Shown: piece after piece, positions 48,544 through 58,202 of the stretch
How positions within the stretch are numbered: the stretch's first letter is position 1
Layout: each line of letters starts with the position of its first letter
NCBI GenBank assembly: GCA_964624415.1
Contig: CAZUWR010000001.1
Location: 180,256-244,255 of the forward strand
DNA: 64,000 bases
From: an uncultured Bdellovibrionales bacterium
Lineage (GTDB): Bacteria > Patescibacteriota > Minisyncoccia > Moranbacterales > UBA1568
Direction: 5' to 3'
The notes under the pieces: generated by a model
Database searches by the model: none
What the model was told of the DNA's origin: nothing
The model's input: only the letters and a program-made list of their open reading frames with translations
Position numbers and translations under genes: made by a program

Positions 48544-49284
48544 CTAAGACACCGGGAGCCACCGCGTACTCGTCAGTACCATACCTATCAAAAAGATAAA
48601 GAGTACGGTATGGGCCAGAATATATTTTTTAGACAGCGTCTTCAAAAAATAGCTCTGCACCATATACCACAGCAGGTAGTAAAACATAAGCACCACCACT
48701 CCCGTAGTCAGATACCCAAAAGGCCAGAAATTGATAATCCAGGCCACCTCTGCCAAAGACAATCCAAGCAAGAGGCTGTATATACGTGCCAGGCGCGCAT
48801 CATTCTTATCGAAAATCAGAAAATACTGATAGCTTACCAGCGCCGTCGCAATGCAGTACGCCAACATCAATCCTCCAATGGGAATGGCGAAGTTAAGGTA
48901 TATGCCATATGCCCCCGCATAAAAGAGGAAAAGCGTGGACATGCTCGCAAAAGCCATCAATCCGCGGGCTGTCTGATCGCGCTTATAGTATCGTAACCTA
49001 TATATGCCTAAAAAAGCAAGGTAATAGGCACAAAAACTCAGCATGATTAGCAATTGTTGCTGCTTGAACGAATCGACCAGATACAGGATCATCACCGAAG
49101 AAAGGGCGAAAACAAGCGGTATTATCCCAGAAAAAGAGCTTTTCCCGAATTTTTTGGCGGCCTGAAACGTCACAAAAGCAATGGTGGCGGCGACCAAAAA
49201 CACCCACTCGTTCTGAAAGACGATGAGCTCGAGTCCGCAAAGGAACAACAACGCAGAGAAAAGGACGGAAAAATTGAAAAACAT
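48544..49284 (-). CDS. Hypothetical polytopic membrane protein
   Basis: 246 aa with about 7-8 TM helices and no recognisable catalytic motif. Confidence 0.4.
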   Translation of the reverse strand: MFFNFSVLFSALLFLCGLELIVFQNEWVFLVAATIAFVTFQAAKKFGKSSFSGIIPLVFALSSVMILYLVDSFKQQQLLIMLSFCAYYLAFLGIYRLRYYKRDQTARGLMAFASMSTLFLFYAGAYGIYLNFAIPIGGLMLAYCIATALVSYQYFLIFDKNDARLARIYSLLLGLSLAEVAWIINFWPFGYLTTGVVVLMFYYLLWYMVQSYFLKTLSKKYILAHTVLFIFLIGMVLTSTRWLPVS

Positions 49285-49377
49285 AGGTTATTTCTTTGAT
49301 TTGACGGATTCTTATTCAGACGATATCTGACTTATTGAGGAGTGTCTTCATATTCGGATAAAACCGTCTTTGCAAAA

Positions 49378-50673
49378 CTATTTCTTCTCTTCCAGTGTCA
49401 CTTTCACGGTTTTCGTCTCACCTTTGTGCCACACGGTCAACGACAACGTATCGCCCGGTTTATGATCAGCGATAACATCAGCCACCTGCTGATTGGCATC
49501 TATTTTCACACCATCGATCTCAGTAATCACATCGTTTTCCATAAGTCCGGCCTTATCGGCAGGAGACCCTGGTATGACGGCGAAGTCAGTCATTTTCTCT
49601 CCTCGCAAAATGAGCGCACCATGATCGACCGCTAAATTATTCTCTTTTTGAATTTCAGTCGTCAGCATACTGTAGCGGACTCCCAAATAAGCCGTCGTGA
49701 TCTTTCCGGTCGACTGCACCTGATCGATAATTTTTTTTATCTGATTGGCGGGAAGGGCAAATCCGATGCTCTGAGCCCCCTGCGCCATAGCAACATTCAC
49801 TCCGATGACTTTTCCTGAAATATTCAAGAGCGGCCCTCCGGAATTACCGGGATTGATAGCAGCATCGGTCTGAATGATATTGCTGAGGTATTCGCTTCCG
49901 CCCGCATCACCGCCAGCGACAAGATTCCGCCTCAGTCCTGATATGATTCCTTTGCTCACGGTATTGGAAAACTCGCCCAAAGAATTGCCGATGGCCACGA
50001 CACTTTGTCCGACCTTGATGGTATCAGAATTATCGAATTCGAGAAAAGGCATATTCTGCGCGTCGATTTTGAGTACAGCGATATCCCTGTTCGGATCACG
50101 TGCCAGCACCTTCGCCTTATACTCCTTTCCATCGGTCGTGATAACCGTATAATCCGCACCTGTCGAAGAAACCACATGCTTATTTGTAACAATCATACCA
50201 TCCGAAGACACCAGAAATCCCGAACCCTGACCGATAGTCTGTTTCTCGGTATCATTTCCTCCGGTAGCACCGCGATCTTGACTACCTTGCGGCATCATAA
50301 AAAAGGGAAATCCGAAGAAGCCATTACCCCTGTTTTGCAGTTTCGGGACATCCTGACTGATAACCACGCTCACAACAGCTGGTGAGGCTGCCTCGACCGT
50401 CGCTATGACCGCGGTATCTTCTGCGCCTATGTCTTGTTTCGTCGCGGAAGCATTCTGACTGCGTACGGATGATGACTGTTGCGGCAGATGCTTTGCCAAA
50501 AATGGCATCCGATGCTCTAGCGTCGGCAATGCCATGAAAGCCACCACTCCGCCCACAAAACCGGCGACAAGACCTAAAAGCATAGTAATAACTCTCTGGC
50601 TACAGCGAAAACGTCTAAACCTCTCTGTGTGCGTATTATTGACAGGCGTCTCTTTTTCAAAAGAATGATTCAT
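49378..50673 (-). CDS. HtrA/DegP-family serine protease (S1C) with PDZ domain
   Basis: The intact triad motifs are GSGFLVSSDGMIVTNKHVV (His), DIAVLKI (Asp) and GNSGGPLLN (Ser). There is a C-terminal PDZ domain and an N-terminal TM helix. Confidence 0.85.
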   Translation of the reverse strand: MNHSFEKETPVNNTHTERFRRFRCSQRVITMLLGLVAGFVGGVVAFMALPTLEHRMPFLAKHLPQQSSSVRSQNASATKQDIGAEDTAVIATVEAASPAVVSVVISQDVPKLQNRGNGFFGFPFFMMPQGSQDRGATGGNDTEKQTIGQGSGFLVSSDGMIVTNKHVVSSTGADYTVITTDGKEYKAKVLARDPNRDIAVLKIDAQNMPFLEFDNSDTIKVGQSVVAIGNSLGEFSNTVSKGIISGLRRNLVAGGDAGGSEYLSNIIQTDAAINPGNSGGPLLNISGKVIGVNVAMAQGAQSIGFALPANQIKKIIDQVQSTGKITTAYLGVRYSMLTTEIQKENNLAVDHGALILRGEKMTDFAVIPGSPADKAGLMENDVITEIDGVKIDANQQVADVIADHKPGDTLSLTVWHKGETKTVKVTLEEKK

Positions 50674-50707
50674 ATATTTGAAAATAAACTGATTACACCA
50701 AAACTCG

Positions 50708-51766
50708 TTAGAAGAGAACGGAAGCGTCTCCTTGCGATGTCTGCAGTATGTTTTCTTCGAAAGACCTCATTTCCGGTTGTTTGAATTCGATGCGCGCCGT
50801 ATCCTTATCCCACATATATCCCTTGAATAATACTGTTACATTCATACGTTTCATCTGCTGTGTCAGCCAATCCGAAAACGTGACCTTTCTGGTAAAAATC
50901 TGTTTCATGCGAACCATTTCCTGACCCTGTTCCTGCTTGCGCTCTTCGATGGCGATGATATGAAACCCAAGCGAACTCTCGATAATATCACTCACCTGGT
51001 TGATAGCTTGCTTTTTCACCGTCGATGTGAGTTCCGGCGCCAATGAAGATATAGGGACCCATCCGAGTTCGCCGCCATCTGCAGCAGTATTACCCTGCGA
51101 GTATTCCTTGGCGACATCCGCGAAAGATTTTTTCTGCTTCAGGTCATTTTGTGCTGCGAGCGCACGATTCTTTGCATACGATGAAGTGTCGATATCTTTG
51201 GCATACACCGCCGCCAAAGCATCGCGGTACATTTCCGGCGCGACGATTTTATTCTCGAAATCATCCATGTCCCATCCGTACAAGCGCTTGAGTTTTGCTG
51301 ACACATCATCGCGATTATTTCCAAGCGCGCTTATTTTCTGATCGACAGCTGAACTGACCGCGTCTTGAGTAATGGTGATATGTCTATCCTGCGCCAGTAT
51401 CTGTATCGCTTTATCCTCGACCATCTTGTTCAACAATTCCTTTTCGCGTACCATCAACCGTTTCTGCCCATCCTCGGTCGAAAAATCAACACGGACACCC
51501 GCTTTCGATAACTCATCCGACTGGCTTTCGTAGAAACGCCGTATGGAGGCCATATCGGTATCGACATCATGAAACATAATCATATGTGTACCATTGACGA
51601 GAATAGCCGGCTGAGGCACGATGCTGCGTATACGGACAGAAGCCCCATTCTGAGGAAATAGATAGGTGAAAGCCGTCAGCCCCGCCACCAACACGAAAGC
51701 GATGATAAGGCCCGCTATCACTACCGATTTCACCCTGATACTTTTTGTATTCTCCTGTTCCTGCAT
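50708..51766 (-). CDS. Parvulin-type peptidyl-prolyl isomerase (PrsA/SurA-like foldase), membrane-anchored
   Basis: An N-terminal TM helix and a PpiC domain (FADVAKEYSQGNTAADGGELGWV...SSLGFHIIAIEE). Confidence 0.75.
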   Translation of the reverse strand: MQEQENTKSIRVKSVVIAGLIIAFVLVAGLTAFTYLFPQNGASVRIRSIVPQPAILVNGTHMIMFHDVDTDMASIRRFYESQSDELSKAGVRVDFSTEDGQKRLMVREKELLNKMVEDKAIQILAQDRHITITQDAVSSAVDQKISALGNNRDDVSAKLKRLYGWDMDDFENKIVAPEMYRDALAAVYAKDIDTSSYAKNRALAAQNDLKQKKSFADVAKEYSQGNTAADGGELGWVPISSLAPELTSTVKKQAINQVSDIIESSLGFHIIAIEERKQEQGQEMVRMKQIFTRKVTFSDWLTQQMKRMNVTVLFKGYMWDKDTARIEFKQPEMRSFEENILQTSQGDASVLF

Positions 51767-51796
51767 AGCTATGGAAATAATAATGCTGATTATAAG

Positions 51797-52192
51797 CTAC
51801 TTCGTAAAAAATTGACTCCACCACTTTTCGTAATTAGGAAGAAGGTTGTGTGCCCTGACTGAAAAAGAAGCCCCGTCGTCTTTCTGCGTAGGTTCATCGG
51901 GAACATTCGATTTAATCACCACCGTCTTTTCATTCGGGCTTTGGTAATTGAGCTTATCGCGAGCTTCCTGAGCTTGAAAAGCATCTGTCTGGAAATACTT
52001 TATTTTCTCCTCGAGTAGCGCATTTTCTTTCTGCGTCTTTTGCGCCTCCATTTGCAAAGAGGTGATTTCCTCTTGAATACGTTTTCCCCGATCCATTTCT
52101 TTCAGCGTAGCATTCCCCACCCAAAAAGCCAACGCAAGGGATATAAGTATGAACAACTTGGGGATGATAAAATGAAATGTTTTTCCAAGCAT
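51797..52192 (-). CDS. FtsB/DivIC-family septum formation initiator
   Basis: 131 aa with an N-terminal TM helix and a coiled coil (EITSLQMEAQKTQKENALLEEKIKYFQTD). Confidence 0.55.
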   Translation of the reverse strand: MLGKTFHFIIPKLFILISLALAFWVGNATLKEMDRGKRIQEEITSLQMEAQKTQKENALLEEKIKYFQTDAFQAQEARDKLNYQSPNEKTVVIKSNVPDEPTQKDDGASFSVRAHNLLPNYEKWWSQFFTK

Positions 52193-52229
52193 AAGAACGC
52201 GACTCTGTCACCCGAGATACAGGGCGATA

Positions 52230-52343
52230 TTAATACATAAATAGCGGCGCTATAAGAAAAAGCAACATCGAAAGACCGGTCAGTACCGATATGACCACCC
52301 AAATAGCATATATTTTTTTGTGACGCTTCTGAAAATTTTGCAT
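52230..52343 (-). CDS. Unannotated small ORF encoding a 37-aa single-TM peptide (MQNFQKRHKKIYAIWVVISVLTGLSMLLFLIAPLFMY)
   Basis: My own six-frame reading. An AAGGA sequence lies 10 nt upstream of the ATG. It is shorter than the ORF-track threshold. Confidence 0.3.
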   Translation of the reverse strand: MQNFQKRHKKIYAIWVVISVLTGLSMLLFLIAPLFMY

Positions 52344-52445
52344 ACGAGACAATCCTTAATAACAGTATCTATCCTACTGAATAGTATACCAATATACCTG
52401 TCATTTGTCTAAATGAGGGCTTACGCGTAGCTCTAAACAACTCTC

Positions 52446-54365
52446 TTAAAAAAGAGCTGGGGTGCTGCGGGTATCGTCTGCGGGAGCATCGTCGGCTGGT
52501 GCACTTGGTTGAACAAGGGCAGTTGAAGGTGATGATGCATGCGCAAATTTCTTGGGCGCAATGTATTCCATCTGGGAAAGCGAGAGCGGTTTGGCATCGG
52601 AAACACGCACGCCTGAACGCACATTGTTCGCCTCAAATACTCCTTGAGAGGGCTGCGCCGCTCGCGGAGCCATAATGCGCGAACTTCCCTGCAATTCCTC
52701 TTTCGCCTTGGCTGCTGTACGCTGATATTCCTTGAGGTGATCGCGACAGAATGTCGGCCGTTTGCCATCCGGTTTGAAAGGCACATTGATTTCCGTATCG
52801 CACACGGCGCAGTACGCGATATACAATTGTTTTTCAACTACCGGTATCGGCTCTTGCGCCACAACATTGCCCGCAGGCATCGCGGCTATTTCTTGCGGCG
52901 CTACAGTAGCTGCCGGCGCAGACACGGCAGGGCGAGGCGAAGGTGCTACTGCCGATACAGGCGCAGCAAAGATTGGCGCAGGCATACGCTGTTGAGAAGC
53001 TGCTGCTGGCGTCACCGGCATACCGACCGGTCGCGCCGCCCGACTCTCCGCCACTCGACTGGCAAAAACCGCTCGCTCCGCCTCAGTGAGCATACCCGTC
53101 CAGCGCCTGATCTTATCCTCGACATCCTGCTTTTTGGATGTATAACGCTCCCGTGAAATACGGATAACCTTTTCGATATTCTCCGCGGTTCCGTGAAGCT
53201 CAATAGGCGGCAACACCGTCGCACTGAAAGCATCCCCTGCCACCCCATCGATCATCAATTTCAAATAGATATTAAACTTGGGCAAATTAACCAAATCGTT
53301 CACCATAAAAATCGGCTCGAATTCTTTTTCGAGAAATTCCGCATCGGCAGCACCGACTCGGAAGCTGATAATCGTACCCGCATTGCCGAAAATAGCATCA
53401 CGCACCTTCTCATCCACCTGAGACACATACTGGTTGGCAAGGATAAGGCTGAGGCGATATTTTCGAGCTTCGGACAAAATATTGGCAAAAGATTCCGTGG
53501 CGAAGTTTTGGAACTCATCGACATAGAGGAAAAAGTCCTTTCGGGTATCTTCTTCGATATCCACGCGACCCATCGCCGCCAACTGGATTTTCGTGATCAT
53601 CATCGCTCCCAACAAGGCACTGTTATCCTCACCGATACGTCCCTTGGCCAGATTGAGAATAAGGATTTTTTTCGAATCCATCGCTTCGCGCACATCAAAC
53701 GACGACTTGGTCTGTCCGACGATATTGCGGATAAGCGAGCTCGACAAAAACTGCCCGACCTTGTTTTGGATCGGCGCGATCACTTCCTGCAACACGCGAT
53801 CATTCCATTTGGTAAATTCATCCACCCAAAACGACTTCACTACCGGATCAGTCACTTTGTCCACCACGCGCTTGCGGTATTCTTTGTCTACCAATATCCT
53901 TGTGACGCCCAAAAGTGTGCTCCCAGGGTATTCCAAGAGCGCCAAGATGGCATTGCGCAAGATGTATTCCAAGCGAGGTCCCCACGAATCCGCCCAGATT
54001 TTTTTGAACACACCGACCAGACCCGAAGCGACCAAATGCCGATGCTCCAAACTCACGCTTTCCATCACATTAAAAGCTAATGGAAAATCCTGATCGGCCG
54101 GATTGAAATAGATGACATCATTGATACGATGAGCCGGAATAGCCTTGATAATCTTTTCAGCCGTGTCACCGTGCGGATCGATAAAAGCGACACCATGGCC
54201 GTGCTGGATGTCTTGGATGACCAGGTTCTCGAGCAGGTTCGTCTTTCCCATACCCGTCTTTCCGATCACGTACATATGGCGGCGCCGATCATCGGTCTTT
54301 ATACCGAATACCCGTTGCTGATTGCGAAAATTGGTCTTAGCAAAAAAAGTGATTTCTTGTTGCAT
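52446..54365 (-). CDS. P-loop NTPase of the TraD/TraG/VirD4 (type IV coupling protein, AAA_10/DUF87-like) family with a C-terminal Pro/Ala-rich linker and zinc ribbon
   Basis: Walker A IGKTGMGKTN; Walker B FFLYVDEFQNF. The C-terminus has a PAPIFAAPVSAVAPSPRPAVSAPAATVAP linker followed by CAVCDTEINVPFKPDGKRPTFCRDH (CxxC..CxxH). Confidence 0.55.
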   Translation of the reverse strand: MQQEITFFAKTNFRNQQRVFGIKTDDRRRHMYVIGKTGMGKTNLLENLVIQDIQHGHGVAFIDPHGDTAEKIIKAIPAHRINDVIYFNPADQDFPLAFNVMESVSLEHRHLVASGLVGVFKKIWADSWGPRLEYILRNAILALLEYPGSTLLGVTRILVDKEYRKRVVDKVTDPVVKSFWVDEFTKWNDRVLQEVIAPIQNKVGQFLSSSLIRNIVGQTKSSFDVREAMDSKKILILNLAKGRIGEDNSALLGAMMITKIQLAAMGRVDIEEDTRKDFFLYVDEFQNFATESFANILSEARKYRLSLILANQYVSQVDEKVRDAIFGNAGTIISFRVGAADAEFLEKEFEPIFMVNDLVNLPKFNIYLKLMIDGVAGDAFSATVLPPIELHGTAENIEKVIRISRERYTSKKQDVEDKIRRWTGMLTEAERAVFASRVAESRAARPVGMPVTPAAASQQRMPAPIFAAPVSAVAPSPRPAVSAPAATVAPQEIAAMPAGNVVAQEPIPVVEKQLYIAYCAVCDTEINVPFKPDGKRPTFCRDHLKEYQRTAAKAKEELQGSSRIMAPRAAQPSQGVFEANNVRSGVRVSDAKPLSLSQMEYIAPKKFAHASSPSTALVQPSAPADDAPADDTRSTPALF

Positions 54366-54385
54366 ACGGTTATATTATGACACTA

Positions 54386-55675
54386 CTATATAGGGAGATT
54401 AGAAGGCGAACCGCCACGCTTGGCACTGACACGAGTGAGCGCCGGGGAAATGACCGACATATCCGGAAGGTGAAATAAAGTCGCCAGCTCCGAGGTGCTG
54501 AGCACGAAAATGTTTTCAGCCGGATACCGGTCCCGATCGCAGTAACGGCGATACAAACGCCTCTGCAAAAAAAGCAGCCTCGATTTTGTGAAAAGATACT
54601 CCGCGGATGTCTTCGTTGGATTGTATGGGATGATACTATTGAGATTCGAGTCGCCGTACGGCTTGATAACCGCGCCGAAAATCGCCGGCAAAAAAGCGCC
54701 GCTGTTGTAATTCTCCCGTCGTCCCAGATACATAAATCGCATCTTGACCTTGAAAACATTTTTTCCGATATTGCTTTCGATAGCCTCAAGTACTTTTCTT
54801 TGCACCGGAGTCAAGCGAAGATCAAGAGGATCAGTAGGTTTGCTTTCCTTTTTTTCCGCCGACTCGGCCGCGCCGAAAAGACCGCGTATCACACCTCCGA
54901 CGATATCGCTTAAATGCTTTACGAGCTGGGATACTACTCCCGCCGGCTTTTCTTTTTTCCCTTTGACGATTTCATCCACCAACGTTTTGCCTTCATTGTC
55001 GTACCATGTAGAGCGTTCCGGGGAAATAATGTACTGCAGCCAAATTTTCTGCCCCGGAGGAAGCTTGCCGATGACTTCGATCAAACCTGCCAAAGGATCT
55101 ATCATCTTGCCCGTCACGCTTTCCTCGAACAGATGATACGTCTTAATAGGATACGCATCGGCCCTGGCCAGCTTCATATCGGTTCCCCATACGTTCCAAT
55201 CCTTATTAGGGACCAGTTTCGGCATTGCATTGACGTAATCCTCGACCTCCACGATTTCCACATCCGGATACTGAGCATACAAATGCGCTTCGATGAGGTT
55301 TCGGTTCACAGCGGGAGTGCGTATATAAAAATGGACATGACCATCTTCACCGACGACTTCAAGACTGAATTTCGGCGCACCCATACCCAAAACGAATTGC
55401 TCATACGTCAAAAACGCCTTGTCTGTGCCGGCCAAACCATCAAAGAGCCCCTCCATAAGCTGCGGGCTCTTTTCAATATCCTTAGGCGGAATAAGCTCAA
55501 GCATCACGCGCGGCACCTTGGATTCGTATCCGCCGATGATATGATTCATCCACACATACATAAACAAAGGATACAGCATGACTGGCAACGCCAAAAACCA
55601 CACCGAACCCCCGATAGAGGCAATCTGCGAAAAGGTATGCGTGATGTTCGCGATACTGGCAAGGAGAATATCCAT
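54386..55675 (-). CDS. Hypothetical membrane-anchored protein (two N-terminal TM helices and a large soluble domain), likely co-transcribed with the ATPase
   Basis: 429 aa. There is a 20-nt gap to the downstream ATPase gene. Confidence 0.4.
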   Translation of the reverse strand: MDILLASIANITHTFSQIASIGGSVWFLALPVMLYPLFMYVWMNHIIGGYESKVPRVMLELIPPKDIEKSPQLMEGLFDGLAGTDKAFLTYEQFVLGMGAPKFSLEVVGEDGHVHFYIRTPAVNRNLIEAHLYAQYPDVEIVEVEDYVNAMPKLVPNKDWNVWGTDMKLARADAYPIKTYHLFEESVTGKMIDPLAGLIEVIGKLPPGQKIWLQYIISPERSTWYDNEGKTLVDEIVKGKKEKPAGVVSQLVKHLSDIVGGVIRGLFGAAESAEKKESKPTDPLDLRLTPVQRKVLEAIESNIGKNVFKVKMRFMYLGRRENYNSGAFLPAIFGAVIKPYGDSNLNSIIPYNPTKTSAEYLFTKSRLLFLQRRLYRRYCDRDRYPAENIFVLSTSELATLFHLPDMSVISPALTRVSAKRGGSPSNLPI

Positions 55676-55741
55676 GAGTGTACTTTTAATTTACGCTTTT
55701 GTATTGGAGTGAAACGACACCTTCAGACTCTTTGCACGTCC

Positions 55742-56758
55742 TTACTTCAAAGTATAAGCGTCCTTGCCGACTTTGGCAAAAAAAGTATTGAGATTGATGA
55801 TAATAGTGGACTTCTTGACCTGACGAATACCCAAAACCCGGTCGATAATATCCGTGCGATTCATAGGCGCACCTTCTTTGCGGAGCACTTCGCGTATCAC
55901 ATCCCTAACCGTCCCTTGAGCATATCCCCACTCGGATAAAGCATAGGTCCCCCGTCCCACCAGAATAAATCGATTATCTTTGATGAGTTCATTGTGTACG
56001 GTTTGCGGATGCGTTTTCTTTTTGCTGTTCTTGTTAAGTCCGTATGTATCGATAAGACCGGTAATTTCCCGAAAATGTAGTGGCTTATGCGTCGACTTTA
56101 AGATAAGGTAGGCTTTCTCACGCGTTCCTTTTGGGGAAACATCACTCCAGAAGTGCAGTCCGAAGCGGCCGAAGACATTCTGCTTCACCTCTTTGGATAC
56201 TGCCAGATAATCGAAAAACTGCTGTCCTGTAATCGAAGAGGTATTCTTATGCGAAACCTTCTCCAAAAGAGTTTTTTTCTCAACTGCTTCCTTTTCGCCT
56301 TCAAGGACCTTTACCGTGTCGCGAACAATTGCCTTCCATACATCCAATGGGAAGTTCTTGAGAGCATAGGAACGCTGTATATGAGCATCTTCTTTGAGAA
56401 GCCCAATGGTTGAAAGGCACTCCAAGAAAAAATGAAGCGCGGCAACCTCCTTGGGATTACCTTTGCCCAGCACCTTCACAATATCGGATTCGCTCATGAT
56501 TCCGCTTCGATCCTTGAGCGCTGTCTCGATCCTCTTCTCTATCTCTTGAAAAGAGGCTTTATTACGTGATTGAACGTCTTTCAATGAGCTTCTGATAATC
56601 TGACGTACCCGTTCTCTGGTGATACGATACTTCTTACCGATTTCCTCGAGCGTTTTGGCCTGTCCATCCACGATGCCGAAGCGCTCGCGCAAAATGTCCT
56701 GCGACCTTACGAGGAGGCTGTTAGTGAGCTTTTCAAAATGAGCGTAAAAAGATTCCAT
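55742..56758 (-). CDS. Sigma-70 region-4-like HTH protein with a C-terminal HARE-HTH/winged-helix domain
   Basis: [32 protein letters not shown] is a sigma-70 r4.2 signature. The C-terminus [14 protein letters not shown]...[12 protein letters not shown] resembles the HARE-HTH of the RNAP delta subunit. Confidence 0.55.
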   Translation of the reverse strand: MESFYAHFEKLTNSLLVRSQDILRERFGIVDGQAKTLEEIGKKYRITRERVRQIIRSSLKDVQSRNKASFQEIEKRIETALKDRSGIMSESDIVKVLGKGNPKEVAALHFFLECLSTIGLLKEDAHIQRSYALKNFPLDVWKAIVRDTVKVLEGEKEAVEKKTLLEKVSHKNTSSITGQQFFDYLAVSKEVKQNVFGRFGLHFWSDVSPKGTREKAYLILKSTHKPLHFREITGLIDTYGLNKNSKKKTHPQTVHNELIKDNRFILVGRGTYALSEWGYAQGTVRDVIREVLRKEGAPMNRTDIIDRVLGIRQVKKSTIIINLNTFFAKVGKDAYTLK

Positions 56759-56885
56759 AGAAACAATTCTTTACTGAATGATACCATCAATATACATTAG
56801 TACATATTCTATGTTTTTGTCAAGTATTCCCGATTTTTTTCTGGTTTCCATTGAAATAAATCCTCTTAAATCAGCTTATATAAGC

Positions 56886-58184
56886 CTATTTTTTCAATTT
56901 TTCTTTCAATACTTCCAAAGCCTTGTCCAATTGCGGATCTTTTTCCTGTTCCCTGTCCGAAGCGGCGAAAGCAACCTCCACATCCGGCGCTATACCCTCG
57001 TGATTGATCTGCTTTCCATTGGGCGTAAGCCATTTTGCGACCGTAATCTTGACCAAGGTATCCTTGGTCACCGAAACGGGCTCCTGTACCGATCCTTTAC
57101 CGAAAGATTTCTTGCCTACGAGTGTCACATTGCTGCGATTATCCCGCAGCGCACCGGATAAAATCTCCGAGGCGCTCGCGCTTCCCTCATTAATAAGCAC
57201 GACGGTTTCGATACTGGAGGCCACATCGCCACCACGGGCATATGTCTGCGTTCGCTTACCATTGCCATCCTCCTCCATCACGACCACTTTTCCTTTCGGG
57301 AGCATCAGGCTCGCCATAGAAACCGCACTCTCCAGATACCCACCAGGATTGTTGCGCAGATCGATCACTATTCCGGGACTTTTTTTCGCGATAGCATCAT
57401 TGATAGCCTGCTTGAATTCATCTTCCGTCTTATCACCGAACACATTTACCTTGATATACGCGATATTATTATCCTTAAATTCAGTCTTCACGCTTTTGAC
57501 CGTGATGATATCGCGCTTTACCGTTATCTCTTTGGTCTGCTCGACACCACCATTACGGAAAATAGTCATCTTCACTTCCGTATCTTTAGGCCCACGCATC
57601 AAAGATACCGCTTGCGTGATATCCATATCCATCGTGCTTGTCCCGTCGATTTTCAAAACCTTATCCCCTGCCAAAAGTCCCGCTTTCTGCGCTGGCGAAT
57701 CATCAAGAGGCGCTATAATCGTCAAAACATTGTCCTTCATACCAACTTCCGCCCCGATGCCAGCAAAGCTACCACTGAGCTCTTCCTGGAAACTCTTGTT
57801 TTCTTTCGGATCAAAGAAAGTAGTATATGGGTCGCCAGTCGATGCCAGCATACCCTTGATAGCGCCGTACATCATCTCATTGGCATCCAAGCTCCCCTTA
57901 TCAACATACTTGTCCTTGAGCAGATCCCATGATTTCCAAAACAAGCTGAAATCAACCGAGTTATTGCCGTTCTTATCACTGATACACTCATTTTTTGATG
58001 AAAGGATAGTATCCAAAACAGAAGAGGAAGCTGCTCCGCTATACGAACGACTGCCCTTCTCAATACCTGCCCAAAACGAGAGCGCCATCAACAAAACAAC
58101 AGTGACCACCGGAAAGGCTCGCCGCTGCTTGTTGCGCTTTGACTCGACTGTGGGTACATTCTCTTTATTGACAGATGTTTCCAT
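56886..58184 (-). CDS. ctpA: Carboxyl-terminal processing protease (S41, CtpA-like) with PDZ domain
   Basis: S41 motifs IVIDLRNNPGGYL, GSASASEIL (catalytic Ser) and TLVGKKSFGKGSVQ (Lys), plus a PDZ domain. Confidence 0.85.
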   Translation of the reverse strand: METSVNKENVPTVESKRNKQRRAFPVVTVVLLMALSFWAGIEKGSRSYSGAASSSVLDTILSSKNECISDKNGNNSVDFSLFWKSWDLLKDKYVDKGSLDANEMMYGAIKGMLASTGDPYTTFFDPKENKSFQEELSGSFAGIGAEVGMKDNVLTIIAPLDDSPAQKAGLLAGDKVLKIDGTSTMDMDITQAVSLMRGPKDTEVKMTIFRNGGVEQTKEITVKRDIITVKSVKTEFKDNNIAYIKVNVFGDKTEDEFKQAINDAIAKKSPGIVIDLRNNPGGYLESAVSMASLMLPKGKVVVMEEDGNGKRTQTYARGGDVASSIETVVLINEGSASASEILSGALRDNRSNVTLVGKKSFGKGSVQEPVSVTKDTLVKITVAKWLTPNGKQINHEGIAPDVEVAFAASDREQEKDPQLDKALEVLKEKLKK

Positions 58185-58202
58185 AGGTATGTATTTGATT
58201 AT

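Noticed and set aside
53193-55939. Plus-strand ORFs of 295, 166 and 341 aa (53193..54080, 53593..54093, 54914..55939)
   Set aside because: They are antisense to the ATPase and membrane-protein genes. They have no motifs and a His/Arg-rich composition typical of antisense frames.
56759-56885. Possible promoter (TTGACA-N18-TAATGT on the minus strand) and a small palindrome (aggcttatataagcct) between ctpA and the sigma-like gene
   Set aside because: The hexamer spacing is suboptimal, and the palindrome is too short and AT-rich for a confident terminator call. It is left unannotated as a feature.
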